Shown: positions 1 to 9,136, counted from the stretch's first letter. The stretch is DNA of 32,000 nucleotides from Erysipelotrichaceae bacterium (GCA_963663995.1 OY760660.1:270001-302000), one strand, 5' to 3'. A program made the numbers and translations. The notes: generated by a model from the letters alone, not told the origin.

Positions 1-164
1 TATTTGTGATAGAGGTAAATACATTTCTGAGACTGAGGCACATCAACTAATTGAATTACCTTAAGAATTATGATCTACTTTGCTTTATATTCTTTTTATC
101 AAAATTATGACAAATAAGTATTTGAATAAAATGAAGTGATACAAGTTGATAGCATATTCTATTC

Positions 165-205
165 AAAAAAGGAGTAATCATTTATAGTTTGATTGCTCCT
201 TTTTT
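165..205. terminator. Bidirectional intrinsic terminator downstream of the LTA-synthase-like gene
   Basis: A-run 165-170. Stem GGAGTAATCA (171-180) pairs with TGATTGCTCC (190-199, one G.U), loop TTTATAGTT, then T-run 200-205. Confidence 0.6.
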
Positions 206-224
206 ATGGTCGTTTATAAAATAA

Positions 225-2366
225 CTATGATTCTTCTATAACGTCACTAGCATCACCAACGATAAATGGCAATGTAGTACTTAATTTCTTACCTGTTTCA
301 GTCACTTGACTGACTTTGATGCTCATACCATCAGTAAGTTCTGCACCTGTTACGATTAGAGTATTTTCATCTAAAAATATGGTGTCTTTTAGTTTTCCAT
401 CAAAGTAAACTTCACTCCACTTAGTAAAGTTCTCGCCTTTAACAAATATAGCTTCACCCATTGGTTCAGCATTTGTAATAGTAATCTCTTTTACGCCCAT
501 TACCATATCCTTTTTCAAATAAGGATTTATTCCATTATAGACATCTTTATTACCGTAGAGCATATCGTATTGAAGAAGTTCAAGTTCTGTTTCATAGTCT
601 TGACTATCAGCCATTTCTTGATGATATTTGTTTAATAATCCATTGGTGTAACCAAGACGACCCATCACAACAGATCCAAGTTGGTAAGCATTATAATCCT
701 GTTGAATACGTTCTAAACCAATGTTGTCCCAGATAACATATTCTGTTTGAAAAGGTGATCCACTAAAGAGATCTTCTTCAGTTATATCAAGGGTAGGGAG
801 ATGATCACCATAGAAAACAACTACCACTGGTTCGTTATAATTTTCTAAGCTCTCTATTAATTCACCCACAAAGGCATCTTCTTCGTGAATTTGATTTACA
901 TAATAAAGGTATTTGTAATAAGTAGCCTCTTTTAAGGTAAATACATCTTCTGTTGTACTGCTTGTAATTTCAGGAGTTATAGGGGTAATAACAGATTCTA
1001 AATTATTCATTGGTGGAATAGATGAAGCTGCATAAATTTCTATTTGTGGATTCTCAATGACCGGATAGTCTGGATACTTTCCATGGGATTGTACTGTAAC
1101 TGTAAAGATAAAATCTTGTTCCTCTGTAGATTCAAGTGTACTCATGATTTCAGGGACAAGAATACTATCATCAGCCCAACCTAGTTCATTATATTCAACA
1201 TTATTCATATACTCTATCGATGTAAAACCATCGAAACCTAATTTAGGATAAACAGAATGACGAGAATAAAATGTTCCCATATTGTTATGGATTGCTTGGC
1301 TGTGATAGCCCAATTCTGAAAGATCATAGGCATAACTTTCAACCGTTGATTCAGATAGTATAGTTTTATATGGATATTCACCTGCGCCAAAATAATCTAG
1401 ATTCATACCTGTTATAATTTCAAACTCAGTATTGATAGTTCCTGCACCAATTGAAGGTACGGTAACATAGCCTGAAGAATAGTTTTCACGTAAGGCTGTC
1501 ATGTTAGGAATGGGATCTTCACTAAAGCTTAGTGCTTTTATACGTTTAGCATCAAAAAAAGATTCTAGTTGAACGAAGATAATGTTGGGGATATCATTAG
1601 GATTTTTATTGATATTTTCAGTTGTATCAACTTGAACATCATTCATTGAATTAATGACTGAATTGACACGGTCAGTTGAATAGCTATCAGGTTTATTAAT
1701 GCCTTTATCCACGACACTGGTCGCAAAACTATAGGCTAAACCATAATCAATATAAGCATCAGCAATATTACCGAAGTTAGTTGAAACATTTCCTGTAGCT
1801 TCAGCCCAGCTAAAACTGCTCAGCATAATGACAAAGGACAGCGTAGTGCTAACAAAAGCATGTATTGGATTCCATTTTGTACGAGGCATTTTTATACCTA
1901 TAATGACTATCAACAAAACAACAATCAATACTGCGACGAAAAACAGTGATAATTCGAAGAAATTTAAATAACGACCAATGACTGTGAATACGGATGTCAA
2001 CATCTTAAAGTCCATCGCGGTAAGTGGAGTTGTTCGAGATCCTAGTAGAATGAAATTGATAATCCCTAACCATAACCATATCGCGTCAACAATGACATAA
2101 CCGAGGTGACGTTTAGGTAAGAGAAGTCCAAATGATAGAAATAAAGAAATTAAGGCAACACTGCAAATAAACATAATCGGATTATTCAATGGTGTCACTA
2201 AACCTAGTAGAATTGAGCGTTGATTCAATATTTCTAATATGAGTTGTATAAATATGGCATTCAAAATAATTTCTTTAAAAAGTTTCTCTTTATTTGAGTC
2301 AGAATTTAGAGTTGGGATTTTTATTTTTGAAGTCAGTGCTGATAAGATTTTTTTTAGTTTGAACAT
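225..2366 (-). CDS. LTA synthase family (sulfatase-domain) membrane protein with extra C-terminal beta-rich domain
   Basis: 713-aa ORF. About 5 N-terminal hydrophobic helices, then a sulfatase/alkaline-phosphatase-type ectodomain (NIIFVQLESF, GAGTINTEFE, VVVFYGDHLP) as in LtaS-type enzymes, plus a ~100-aa C-terminal extension. Confidence 0.8.
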   Translation of the reverse strand: MFKLKKILSALTSKIKIPTLNSDSNKEKLFKEIILNAIFIQLILEILNQRSILLGLVTPLNNPIMFICSVALISLFLSFGLLLPKRHLGYVIVDAIWLWLGIINFILLGSRTTPLTAMDFKMLTSVFTVIGRYLNFFELSLFFVAVLIVVLLIVIIGIKMPRTKWNPIHAFVSTTLSFVIMLSSFSWAEATGNVSTNFGNIADAYIDYGLAYSFATSVVDKGINKPDSYSTDRVNSVINSMNDVQVDTTENINKNPNDIPNIIFVQLESFFDAKRIKALSFSEDPIPNMTALRENYSSGYVTVPSIGAGTINTEFEIITGMNLDYFGAGEYPYKTILSESTVESYAYDLSELGYHSQAIHNNMGTFYSRHSVYPKLGFDGFTSIEYMNNVEYNELGWADDSILVPEIMSTLESTEEQDFIFTVTVQSHGKYPDYPVIENPQIEIYAASSIPPMNNLESVITPITPEITSSTTEDVFTLKEATYYKYLYYVNQIHEEDAFVGELIESLENYNEPVVVVFYGDHLPTLDITEEDLFSGSPFQTEYVIWDNIGLERIQQDYNAYQLGSVVMGRLGYTNGLLNKYHQEMADSQDYETELELLQYDMLYGNKDVYNGINPYLKKDMVMGVKEITITNAEPMGEAIFVKGENFTKWSEVYFDGKLKDTIFLDENTLIVTGAELTDGMSIKVSQVTETGKKLSTTLPFIVGDASDVIEES

Positions 2367-2490
2367 AGATTTTTATTGATAAATACTTTCCTTGCATGTT
2401 GATGCAATCTAATGAATGATAAAGTATCTTCCTTCGTAAGTCAATAAAATAAAATAGATGTAACACGTCATTTTAAACGCAATAACTTAT

Positions 2491-2520
2491 TGCGTTTACC
2501 TAGAAAAAGAAAATTATAAT
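2491..2520 (+). promoter_or_regulatory. Candidate sigma-A promoter inside the IS30 left end, driving the transposase
   Basis: TTGCGT (2491-2496), 18-nt spacer, TATAAT (2515-2520). About 50 nt upstream of the transposase ATG, which has an AAGGAG SD. Confidence 0.4.
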
Positions 2521-2570
2521 AAAAATACGTTAAGATCTTGAGGTTTTGAAGAGAAAGGAGTTGTTTTCTT

Positions 2571-3737
2571 ATGGGAAAACATTTAACCACACGAGATCGA
2601 GTTATCATTCATTATCAGATTGAACATAATCGTGATACCAGTCTTAAATCATTAGCTTTAGATTTGAATTGTAGTGAATCAACTGTGTATAGAGAGTTAA
2701 AAAGAAACGTGATTAATCGAGGTTCTAAACAGCGAAGATTTATGAAGGGACAACCAGAACCTTGTCCTAAACTTCAAAGATTTCCTTATGTCTGTAATGT
2801 ATGCACACATAAATCACGCTGCAGTAAAGATATCTTTGAATACGATGCTTATGAAGCGGATAAGAAAGCGTTCTATTTAATGAAGGATTCAAGAAGTCAT
2901 CCACAAATCACAACGAAGAAACTCAAAGAACTGGATGACTTAGTGAGTGATAGAGTCATGAATCATCAATCACTCTTTCATATCCTTCAAAGTGATGAAA
3001 GAATTAGTGTTTCTGAATCAACACTTAGACGCTATATTGATAAACAATATCTTCAGTGTCGAAACATTGATTTACCACGAACAGTACGCTTTCCTAACTC
3101 TAAAACATCGACTAGAGTCTCTAGACACCGCATTAATGTTGAGTTTCTAGTGAATCGTACCTATCAGGACTTTAGGGATTATAATCATTCAAGCTCAAGA
3201 GTCACTCTACAAGTCGATACCGTCATTGGTAAGAAAACGGATAAGAAGTGTTTACTGACTTGTTTCGAGCCACTCTCGAGATTTCAATGGGGATACATTG
3301 TCTATAAATCAGCGACCTCAGTCAATAATGCCTTGGCTGATTTGATTCAAACGCTTTACACATCAAACCATTTATTCTTCGATTGTATACTCTCAGATAA
3401 TGGTGGAGAGTTTCAATCACTACCTCAATTAGAGATGACTGATGAAGGAGAAATACTGACACGCATCTTCTACTGTGATCCCTATTCTTCATTTCAGAAA
3501 GGTGGGTGTGAACGTAATCATTCACTTATTCGTTATGTCATTAAAAAAGGAGAAAGCTTTGATTTTGTTTCACAAGACGAGATCAATCAGCTATTCTCCC
3601 ACATCAACTCCCAGAAGCGTAAAAGCTTGGCTGGGAAAACGCCTTTTCAGGCATTCACTGAACGATTTCACTTTCAACCTAGTGAATTCATTCAAGTCTT
3701 TGAAGTACAACCTTCAAAGATTAAACTAAAGAAATAA
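2571..3737 (+). CDS. IS30 family transposase
   Basis: 388-aa ORF. N-terminal HTH region (SESTVYRELKRN) and a C-terminal DDE-type catalytic region (LQVDTV, LSDNGGEF, GGCERNHSLIRY) typical of IS30 transposases. Confidence 0.9.
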   Translation: MGKHLTTRDRVIIHYQIEHNRDTSLKSLALDLNCSESTVYRELKRNVINRGSKQRRFMKGQPEPCPKLQRFPYVCNVCTHKSRCSKDIFEYDAYEADKKAFYLMKDSRSHPQITTKKLKELDDLVSDRVMNHQSLFHILQSDERISVSESTLRRYIDKQYLQCRNIDLPRTVRFPNSKTSTRVSRHRINVEFLVNRTYQDFRDYNHSSSRVTLQVDTVIGKKTDKKCLLTCFEPLSRFQWGYIVYKSATSVNNALADLIQTLYTSNHLFFDCILSDNGGEFQSLPQLEMTDEGEILTRIFYCDPYSSFQKGGCERNHSLIRYVIKKGESFDFVSQDEINQLFSHINSQKRKSLAGKTPFQAFTERFHFQPSEFIQVFEVQPSKIKLKK

Positions 3738-3866
3738 TCTTCAGCTGCCTTTAAGATCTTAACGGCCCACATTGCGTTTAACTTGAAATAACCACAATTT
3801 CAAGTTCCTTTTAGTGCGGTCAAAAGACCTTAATAAGTACCTTTATTATAATCTTTTCAAACAAAA

Positions 3867-3900
3867 AGTGATATCCAAGACTGAATATCACTCATTTTTT
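3867..3900. terminator. Orphan bidirectional intrinsic terminator in the IS30-csp spacer
   Basis: AGTGATAT (3867-3874) pairs with ATATCACT (3885-3892), 10-nt loop, followed by CATTTTTT. An A-run precedes the stem. No ORF ends here. Confidence 0.45.
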
Positions 3901-4064
3901 AACGAAATTAACTATTCTTCTATTTTTATTGCGTTAAGTTTAAATACTAACCTAAAATAAAATAGAACAAAATTAAAGCTTATTTTAAATGAAAGATATA
4001 GTGTGCATTATCAACATTTATGAGAAATGTTTGTGTTTATTTGAAGTAAACGATCTCACTTTAA

Positions 4065-4093
4065 TTGCTTTATGTTGTGATATGTGGTATTTA
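4065..4093 (+). promoter_or_regulatory. Candidate csp promoter (extended -10) implying a ~135-nt leader
   Basis: TTGCTT (4065-4070), 17-nt spacer, TGgTATTTA (4085-4093). Strong SD AAGGAGG just upstream of ATG 4237. Confidence 0.35.
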
Positions 4094-4236
4094 ATATATG
4101 CGTGTTTTCAAAAGTTTAAGAGTTTTCATAAAATTACATACGTTCAATTTACTCAACAAAAGTATTTCCTCGTAATTAATTTAGTAAATTTTGGAATTGT
4201 GAAAAAAGCAAATAATCCAAGAAGGAGGAAAATACA

Positions 4237-4434
4237 ATGACAGGTACAGTTAAATGGTTTAACAGTGAAAAAGGATTTGGTTTCATCACTAGTGATGAAG
4301 GTAAAGATGTCTTCGCACATCATACACAAATTCAAAAAAGCGGTTTTAAAACATTAGAAGAAGGCGAAAAAGTTTCTTTTGATGAAGTCCAAGGTCAAAA
4401 AGGACCACAAGCACAAAATATCGTTTCTTTATAA
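4237..4434 (+). CDS. csp: Cold-shock protein (CspA family)
   Basis: 65 aa. Contains KGFGFI (RNP1) and VFAHH (RNP2) motifs. Preceded by AAGGAGG. Confidence 0.95.
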   Translation: MTGTVKWFNSEKGFGFITSDEGKDVFAHHTQIQKSGFKTLEEGEKVSFDEVQGQKGPQAQNIVSL

Positions 4435-4450
4435 GAACAACATTTTGATT

Positions 4451-4490
4451 AAAAAGGATTATCTCTTCTGAGGTAATCCTTTTTTTGTTT
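4451..4490. terminator. Bidirectional terminator between csp (+) and the SBP gene (-)
   Basis: AAAAAGGATTA (4451-4461) pairs with TAATCCTTTTT (4474 onward), then T-run TTTTTTTGTTTT. Confidence 0.7.
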
Positions 4491-4498
4491 TAATAGTA

Positions 4499-6157
4499 TT
4501 ATTTATCGATATCTTTATAAGCCCACTTATAAGAGGTCTTGTATCCACTTAAGTAGGAATAAATATTATGAATGTTAGGATTTTGTAAGTATGTTCCTGC
4601 AGCTTGGTATAGAGGAACGATTACCGCATCATTTAATAAAATATCTTCAGCTTTTTGTAAGTCTGAGAAAGCTTCTGAAATAGTTTTATTTTGAGGTGAG
4701 AGTAAAGCATCATAATTTGAATTATTATAACCAATAAGATTATAGGCATTATTTGATAGCCATTTATCGAGATAGGTTGTTGGCCAATCATAATCAGGTA
4801 ACCATCTAGAAAGGGTTAGATCATATTCTCCAGCACGATAGATTAATAATTTTTCAGCAAGTGGTAAAGGTTTGATTGAAACACTTATACCATAATCTTT
4901 AAATAAACTATCTAATTCTTGGCTAATAAATTCAATAATAAGTGCAGCCGTGGAGGTTTCATAATTAATAATTTCTAAATGAATATTATTATCACCTAGT
5001 GAATAGCCTAATTCTTCCATACCTTCAGCAAACAATCGTTGTGCTTCTTCTTTGTTGGTAAGCATATAACCATCACCACGCAATGATTCATAAGGGGTTC
5101 CTTCGAATGATAGGTACTGACTAGGAATAAAACTATAAGCAGGAAGTGATCCATCTTTTAGTATTTCATTTGTAATATATGATTTATCGATTTGTAAAGC
5201 GATGGCTTGACGCACTTTTAAATTATCAAAAATTGGACTACCAAAAGAATCGTCTATTAACGGTGAGCCATCAAAAATGCCACCATTGGCGATATTGAGC
5301 ATTAAATAATAGATAGCTATATCAGGTATAACAAGTGCATCTGAATCATTTTTACGTTGTTCAGAAAATTCACCTACTAGGGGTACACGATCAATCTCAC
5401 CAGCATCATAAAGTTCAATACCTGTTGCAGGTTCATAGTTTTCAATCACACGCCAAGTTATGGCTGGTGTTAAAACAACATCTGTTTCCCAATAATGCTC
5501 GTTTCTTGTCCAAATGAATTGTGAACCATGGGTCCACTCAGACATATAGTACGGTCCGTTATACCACATAGACTCAGCCGTTGAACCATAATTACTTTCA
5601 CTACTTTCTATTGTTTCATAAGGAATGGGGTAACTTGTCACAAAAGCCATAATGCTTAAGAAATAGGGAACATTATCAGATAATGTAACGGTCAATGTTT
5701 GATCATCAACGGCTTCATAATCAATGATTTTAGCAACATCCGTTAAAATGAATGTGTATTGAAATATTTCGTTTATAACGCGATCCCATGAATAGACAAA
5801 GTCACTAGCATTTATAGTTCTTTGAACTTCACCTAAATAATTAACCCATTTTGCTTCTGGATTTAGGTGGAATGTCCATGTAAGGGTATTTTCATCAAAT
5901 GACCAAGACTCTGCAACACCAGGGACGATCTCACCTGGTATTTGTCCTTGCATGACAAGACCTTCCATGACATTAGCAATGGAATTCATTGATATTGGAT
6001 CAGTCGCATTATTTGAATCAAGGGTAGGGATATCTTCAGCTTCAAACATGTTAATGACAGCCCCTAAATTGCTTGGATTGTTTGGGATTGTTGAACAGCC
6101 AAAAAGACTAAAAGAAACGATTAAGGATATTACAAATTGTTTATAAAAATATCTCAT
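4499..6157 (-). CDS. ABC transporter substrate-binding lipoprotein, family 5 (OppA/DppA-like peptide-binding)
   Basis: 552 aa. Signal peptide with lipobox LFGC. Length and overall sequence are typical of peptide/nickel SBPs. AGGAG SD. Confidence 0.8.
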   Translation of the reverse strand: MRYFYKQFVISLIVSFSLFGCSTIPNNPSNLGAVINMFEAEDIPTLDSNNATDPISMNSIANVMEGLVMQGQIPGEIVPGVAESWSFDENTLTWTFHLNPEAKWVNYLGEVQRTINASDFVYSWDRVINEIFQYTFILTDVAKIIDYEAVDDQTLTVTLSDNVPYFLSIMAFVTSYPIPYETIESSESNYGSTAESMWYNGPYYMSEWTHGSQFIWTRNEHYWETDVVLTPAITWRVIENYEPATGIELYDAGEIDRVPLVGEFSEQRKNDSDALVIPDIAIYYLMLNIANGGIFDGSPLIDDSFGSPIFDNLKVRQAIALQIDKSYITNEILKDGSLPAYSFIPSQYLSFEGTPYESLRGDGYMLTNKEEAQRLFAEGMEELGYSLGDNNIHLEIINYETSTAALIIEFISQELDSLFKDYGISVSIKPLPLAEKLLIYRAGEYDLTLSRWLPDYDWPTTYLDKWLSNNAYNLIGYNNSNYDALLSPQNKTISEAFSDLQKAEDILLNDAVIVPLYQAAGTYLQNPNIHNIYSYLSGYKTSYKWAYKDIDK

Positions 6158-6190
6158 TTTTCGCTGCTCCTAAAAAATTGATACACGAAA

Positions 6191-6218
6191 ATTATAACAA
6201 TGTGAAAAGTGAAGTCAA
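6191..6218 (-). promoter_or_regulatory. Strong sigma-A promoter for the SBP gene
   Basis: Minus strand: TTGACT (6218-6213), 16-nt spacer, TGtTATAAT (extended -10, hexamer 6196-6191). About 30 nt upstream of the AGGAG SD. Confidence 0.6.
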
Positions 6219-6259
6219 ACAATTTAATTTTACTTATGTCAATTAGCTTAAAATTCTAT

Positions 6260-7435
6260 TTAAATATCTTCAAATATATATTTTCCAGCGACAAAACCTG
6301 TAGATAAAGCAATCGTGATATTGTATCCACCTGTTAAAGAATTTATGTCTAGAGTCTCCCCACATATAGAAAGCCAAGGATGGATTTTAGATTTCATCGT
6401 CTTAGGATTAACTTCTTTTAAACTTAATCCACCAGCGGTCACAAAAGCACTACTGAAGCCACGGGTATTATGAATGGTTAAGTCAAATGCTTTTATTGTG
6501 TTAGCTATTTGATTTTTAGGGGTATTGTTTTCTAGATATTGAATTAAACGTTTAGGTATTTGATTTTTTTTTAGGGTGTCCATCAAATCTTTGTCTTGTT
6601 GAAGACTTTCTAAACTTAATTTTGGACAAAAATCTATTTTGACTGTTATTTGATGATTTCCATCAAAAGCATCACTTAGGTATGAACTTGTCTGTAGTGC
6701 TGCTGGACCTGATAAACCAAAATGAGTTATTAGTAAATCGTTTTCAACAGTCTTTACTTTTTTCTTATCCTTAAAGGATGTAATTTTAATATCTTTAAAT
6801 GATAAGCCTTGAAGTTCTTTTGATTGGATGCAAGCATCATTTGAAACTAAGGCAACTTCAGCTGGTTTTAAATCAGTTATATGATGACCAAGGGACTTTA
6901 ATAGATTAAAACCTGATCCATCTGATCCTGTATGGGAAAAGGTTTGTCCACCGGTGGAGATAATACAGGCATCAAAAGAGATTGATTGATTAAGCGTACT
7001 GATTGTTTTTGATTTCTCATCGATAGCTAGGACTTTGTTATTAAGTAAAAAATCAACACCTAGTGACTTCATTTCTTTTTCAAGAACCGCTACTACATCT
7101 ACCGCTTTGTTTGTGATTGGAAAAAGACGATGATGATCTTCTTCTTTGAGTTTTAAAGAGCGCTCATTAAAAAAATGAATGATACTTTGTGGATTAAACT
7201 CTGCCAGAGAACTATAAAGAAAACGACCATTTTTAGGTGTATGGTTTATGATCTCTTCATTTGATACATTTGCACTTAAATTACATCGTCCACCACCACT
7301 TAACCTCATTTTGACCCCTAGTCGATTATTTGAATCGATTAAAGTAACCTGACTATCAGGATAATGCTTCTTAGTAGAGATAGCAGCCATACATCCAGCT
7401 GGACCGGCCCCAATAATAATTACTGCTTTCTTCAT
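6260..7435 (-). CDS. NAD(P)/FAD-dependent oxidoreductase, HI0933/BaiN-like flavoprotein
   Basis: 391 aa. N-terminal VIIIGAGPAGCMAA dinucleotide-binding motif and SGGGRCN motif characteristic of this family. Confidence 0.8.
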   Translation of the reverse strand: MKKAVIIIGAGPAGCMAAISTKKHYPDSQVTLIDSNNRLGVKMRLSGGGRCNLSANVSNEEIINHTPKNGRFLYSSLAEFNPQSIIHFFNERSLKLKEEDHHRLFPITNKAVDVVAVLEKEMKSLGVDFLLNNKVLAIDEKSKTISTLNQSISFDACIISTGGQTFSHTGSDGSGFNLLKSLGHHITDLKPAEVALVSNDACIQSKELQGLSFKDIKITSFKDKKKVKTVENDLLITHFGLSGPAALQTSSYLSDAFDGNHQITVKIDFCPKLSLESLQQDKDLMDTLKKNQIPKRLIQYLENNTPKNQIANTIKAFDLTIHNTRGFSSAFVTAGGLSLKEVNPKTMKSKIHPWLSICGETLDINSLTGGYNITIALSTGFVAGKYIFEDI

Positions 7436-7442
7436 TGTTTAA

Positions 7443-7448
7443 AGTATA
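7443..7448 (-). promoter_or_regulatory. -10 hexamer 7 nt upstream of the flavoprotein ATG (leaderless candidate)
   Basis: Minus strand reads TATACT-TTAAACA-ATG. No SD. Confidence 0.4.
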
Positions 7449-7529
7449 TCGGATAATTGTATAGTTAAACATCAATTTAAACTATTTAATGAATCACAGA
7501 GTGTAAATATACAGAGTGATATTTGAAAA

Positions 7530-7538
7530 TGCTATACT
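7530..7538 (+). promoter_or_regulatory. Extended -10 element 6 nt upstream of ATG 7545 (leaderless candidate)
   Basis: TGcTATACT (7530-7538), then TTGTTC, then ATG (7545). No SD. Confidence 0.5.
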
Positions 7539-7544
7539 TTGTTC

Positions 7545-8204
7545 ATGGAAAAAATACTCGAAAAATTAAAAATTGATCAGTTTAAAAATTGTGCGTTTCT
7601 TATGATACCTGATGATTTGAAAGAAGACTTTAAAAATTATAATCAAGAACCATTATCAAGGGATCATGATGCGATATTTGCTTTTAGTACAAGTCATTCA
7701 GAGTTCTTTACAAATTTAAAAGAACTCGTAGATAAAGATCTTTTATTAGATGGTGGCTCTTTATTTATTTGTTATCCTAAAAAGGGAAATAAAATCTATC
7801 CTGACTTTGTTCATCGCGACGAAATATTTGCTAAAGTGGAAATGGATGATGATGGATTTATATATCATTCGAAATATCGATTTAATCGTATGTTAGGATA
7901 CAATGATCAATTTACTTTGTTAGAAATAAAAAAAGAATTGAATTACAAAGCAAAAAACACTGTATCAACTCGTAAAGAAGATTATATTCATTTAATTCCT
8001 GAAGTCGAAAAACTCATTGAAAAGAACGCTAGTGCTTTAGCATTCTATAAAACTTTAAGTCCTGGTTATCGCAAAGATTGGGCAGTTCATATCTTTAGCG
8101 CAAAAACAGATGAGACAAAAAATAAACGCATAGAAGAAACCATTCATCTTTTAAATCAAGGGTTTAAGAATATGACCCTCTATCGACAATCTAAAAACAA
8201 GTAA
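7545..8204 (+). CDS. YdeI/OmpD-associated-like (DUF1801-type) protein
   Basis: ORF track starts at TTG 7539. ATG 7545 is preferred. The C-terminal segment YRKDWAVHIFSAKTDETKNKRIEE resembles the YdeI family. Confidence 0.55.
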   Translation: MEKILEKLKIDQFKNCAFLMIPDDLKEDFKNYNQEPLSRDHDAIFAFSTSHSEFFTNLKELVDKDLLLDGGSLFICYPKKGNKIYPDFVHRDEIFAKVEMDDDGFIYHSKYRFNRMLGYNDQFTLLEIKKELNYKAKNTVSTRKEDYIHLIPEVEKLIEKNASALAFYKTLSPGYRKDWAVHIFSAKTDETKNKRIEETIHLLNQGFKNMTLYRQSKNK

Positions 8205-8230
8205 AAAACCTTAGTTGATCTAAGGTTTTC
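8203..8230. terminator. Bidirectional terminator between the ydeI-like gene and lysR
   Basis: AACCTTAG (8207-8214) pairs with CTAAGGTT (8220-8227), loop TTGAT, flanked by an A-run and a T-run. Confidence 0.65.
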
Positions 8231-9136
8231 TTAACGACTCTTAAGCATATCCACATAGCGTTGAGCTAAGTGTGATAGTTCTTGGTTTTTCTTCCAAACA
8301 AGTGTTATTCGTGAAGGTGTCGATTGTCCTTGAATTGAACAAATTCTAATATCATCATTTCGTTCTAAGTCGACAAAAACTTTTGCGGAAGATTGAGAAA
8401 TAATTGATACACCTAAACCGTTTAAAGCCCAACTAATGGATGAGGTAATACTTTCATTTGAACATATGATTTGTGGGGCAAATCCTAGTTCTGCGCAAGC
8501 ATCAATAATTTTCTTTTCATCAATCGCATGAACAATTAATGGCTTTTGTGAAAGTTGTGCTAAACTAATCGATTCATTTGGAATATCATCAAACCATTTT
8601 TTCAAGCCGACCGCTACAAAGTTATTTGAAGTTTTTTCTAAATAACGCTCATCTTTCAAGACTAAATAGTTATAAAGACTGTGATTAAAGTTTTCTTTGA
8701 TGATTGCGATGTCGACTAAATCTTTATCTAAATTAGTTAGGGCTGCAATACTGCTAGACTCATGGATTTGGAATTCAACATTAGGAGTTGTTTTAAGAAA
8801 ATCATTTATTGATTTTGGGAGAAATCCCATCGATATTGTCCCAATCGTTCCGATTCTTAAAATTCCAGAAAATCCTTCTTTAATATTATTGAATTCATTG
8901 ATGATCGCATTATAGTTACTAATCATTATTTTAGCGTGATGTAGAAGTCTTTCACCCTCAGCCGTAATTTCCATTAACTTCTTTTTGCGAATAAAAAGTG
9001 TAACGCCTAATTCGTTCTCTAAACTTTTAAGTTGATTACTTAATGGTGGTTGAGAAATGTTGAGAACTTTAGCAGCCGATGTGATTTGCTTCTCTTCAGC
9101 AATCGTTACAAAATATCTTAATTGACGAATATCCAT
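8231..9136 (-). CDS. LysR family transcriptional regulator
   Basis: 301 aa. N-terminal MDIRQLRYFVTIAEEKQITSAAKVLNISQPPLSNQLKSLE HTH plus a LysR substrate-binding domain. GGAGGG SD. Confidence 0.9.
   Translation of the reverse strand: MDIRQLRYFVTIAEEKQITSAAKVLNISQPPLSNQLKSLENELGVTLFIRKKKLMEITAEGERLLHHAKIMISNYNAIINEFNNIKEGFSGILRIGTIGTISMGFLPKSINDFLKTTPNVEFQIHESSSIAALTNLDKDLVDIAIIKENFNHSLYNYLVLKDERYLEKTSNNFVAVGLKKWFDDIPNESISLAQLSQKPLIVHAIDEKKIIDACAELGFAPQIICSNESITSSISWALNGLGVSIISQSSAKVFVDLERNDDIRICSIQGQSTPSRITLVWKKNQELSHLAQRYVDMLKSR

Larger units (their letters stand above)
2473..3781 (+). mobile_element. IS30-family insertion sequence (~1.3 kb), boundaries approximate
   Basis: Transposase ORF flanked by an 11-bp perfect terminal inverted repeat, TTAAACGCAAT (2473-2483) / ATTGCGTTTAA (3771-3781). 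A second 12-bp inverted pair lies inside: CGTTAAGATCTT (2528-2539) / AAGATCTTAACG (3753-3764). No unambiguous target-site duplication seen. Confidence 0.7.

Noticed and set aside
2-64. Possible 3' end of a plus-strand gene entering the window (…ICDRGKYISETEAHQLIELP*)
   Set aside because: Only about 20 codons are visible. It cannot be identified or distinguished from a chance open frame, and the nearest terminator (165-205) is 100 nt away.
3989-4335. ORFs 3989-4240 (+, 83 aa) and 4153-4335 (-, 60 aa)
   Set aside because: They overlap the csp promoter, leader, SD and coding start. They have low-complexity, Cys/Phe-rich composition and no SD. Best explained as chance ORFs in AT-rich leader DNA.
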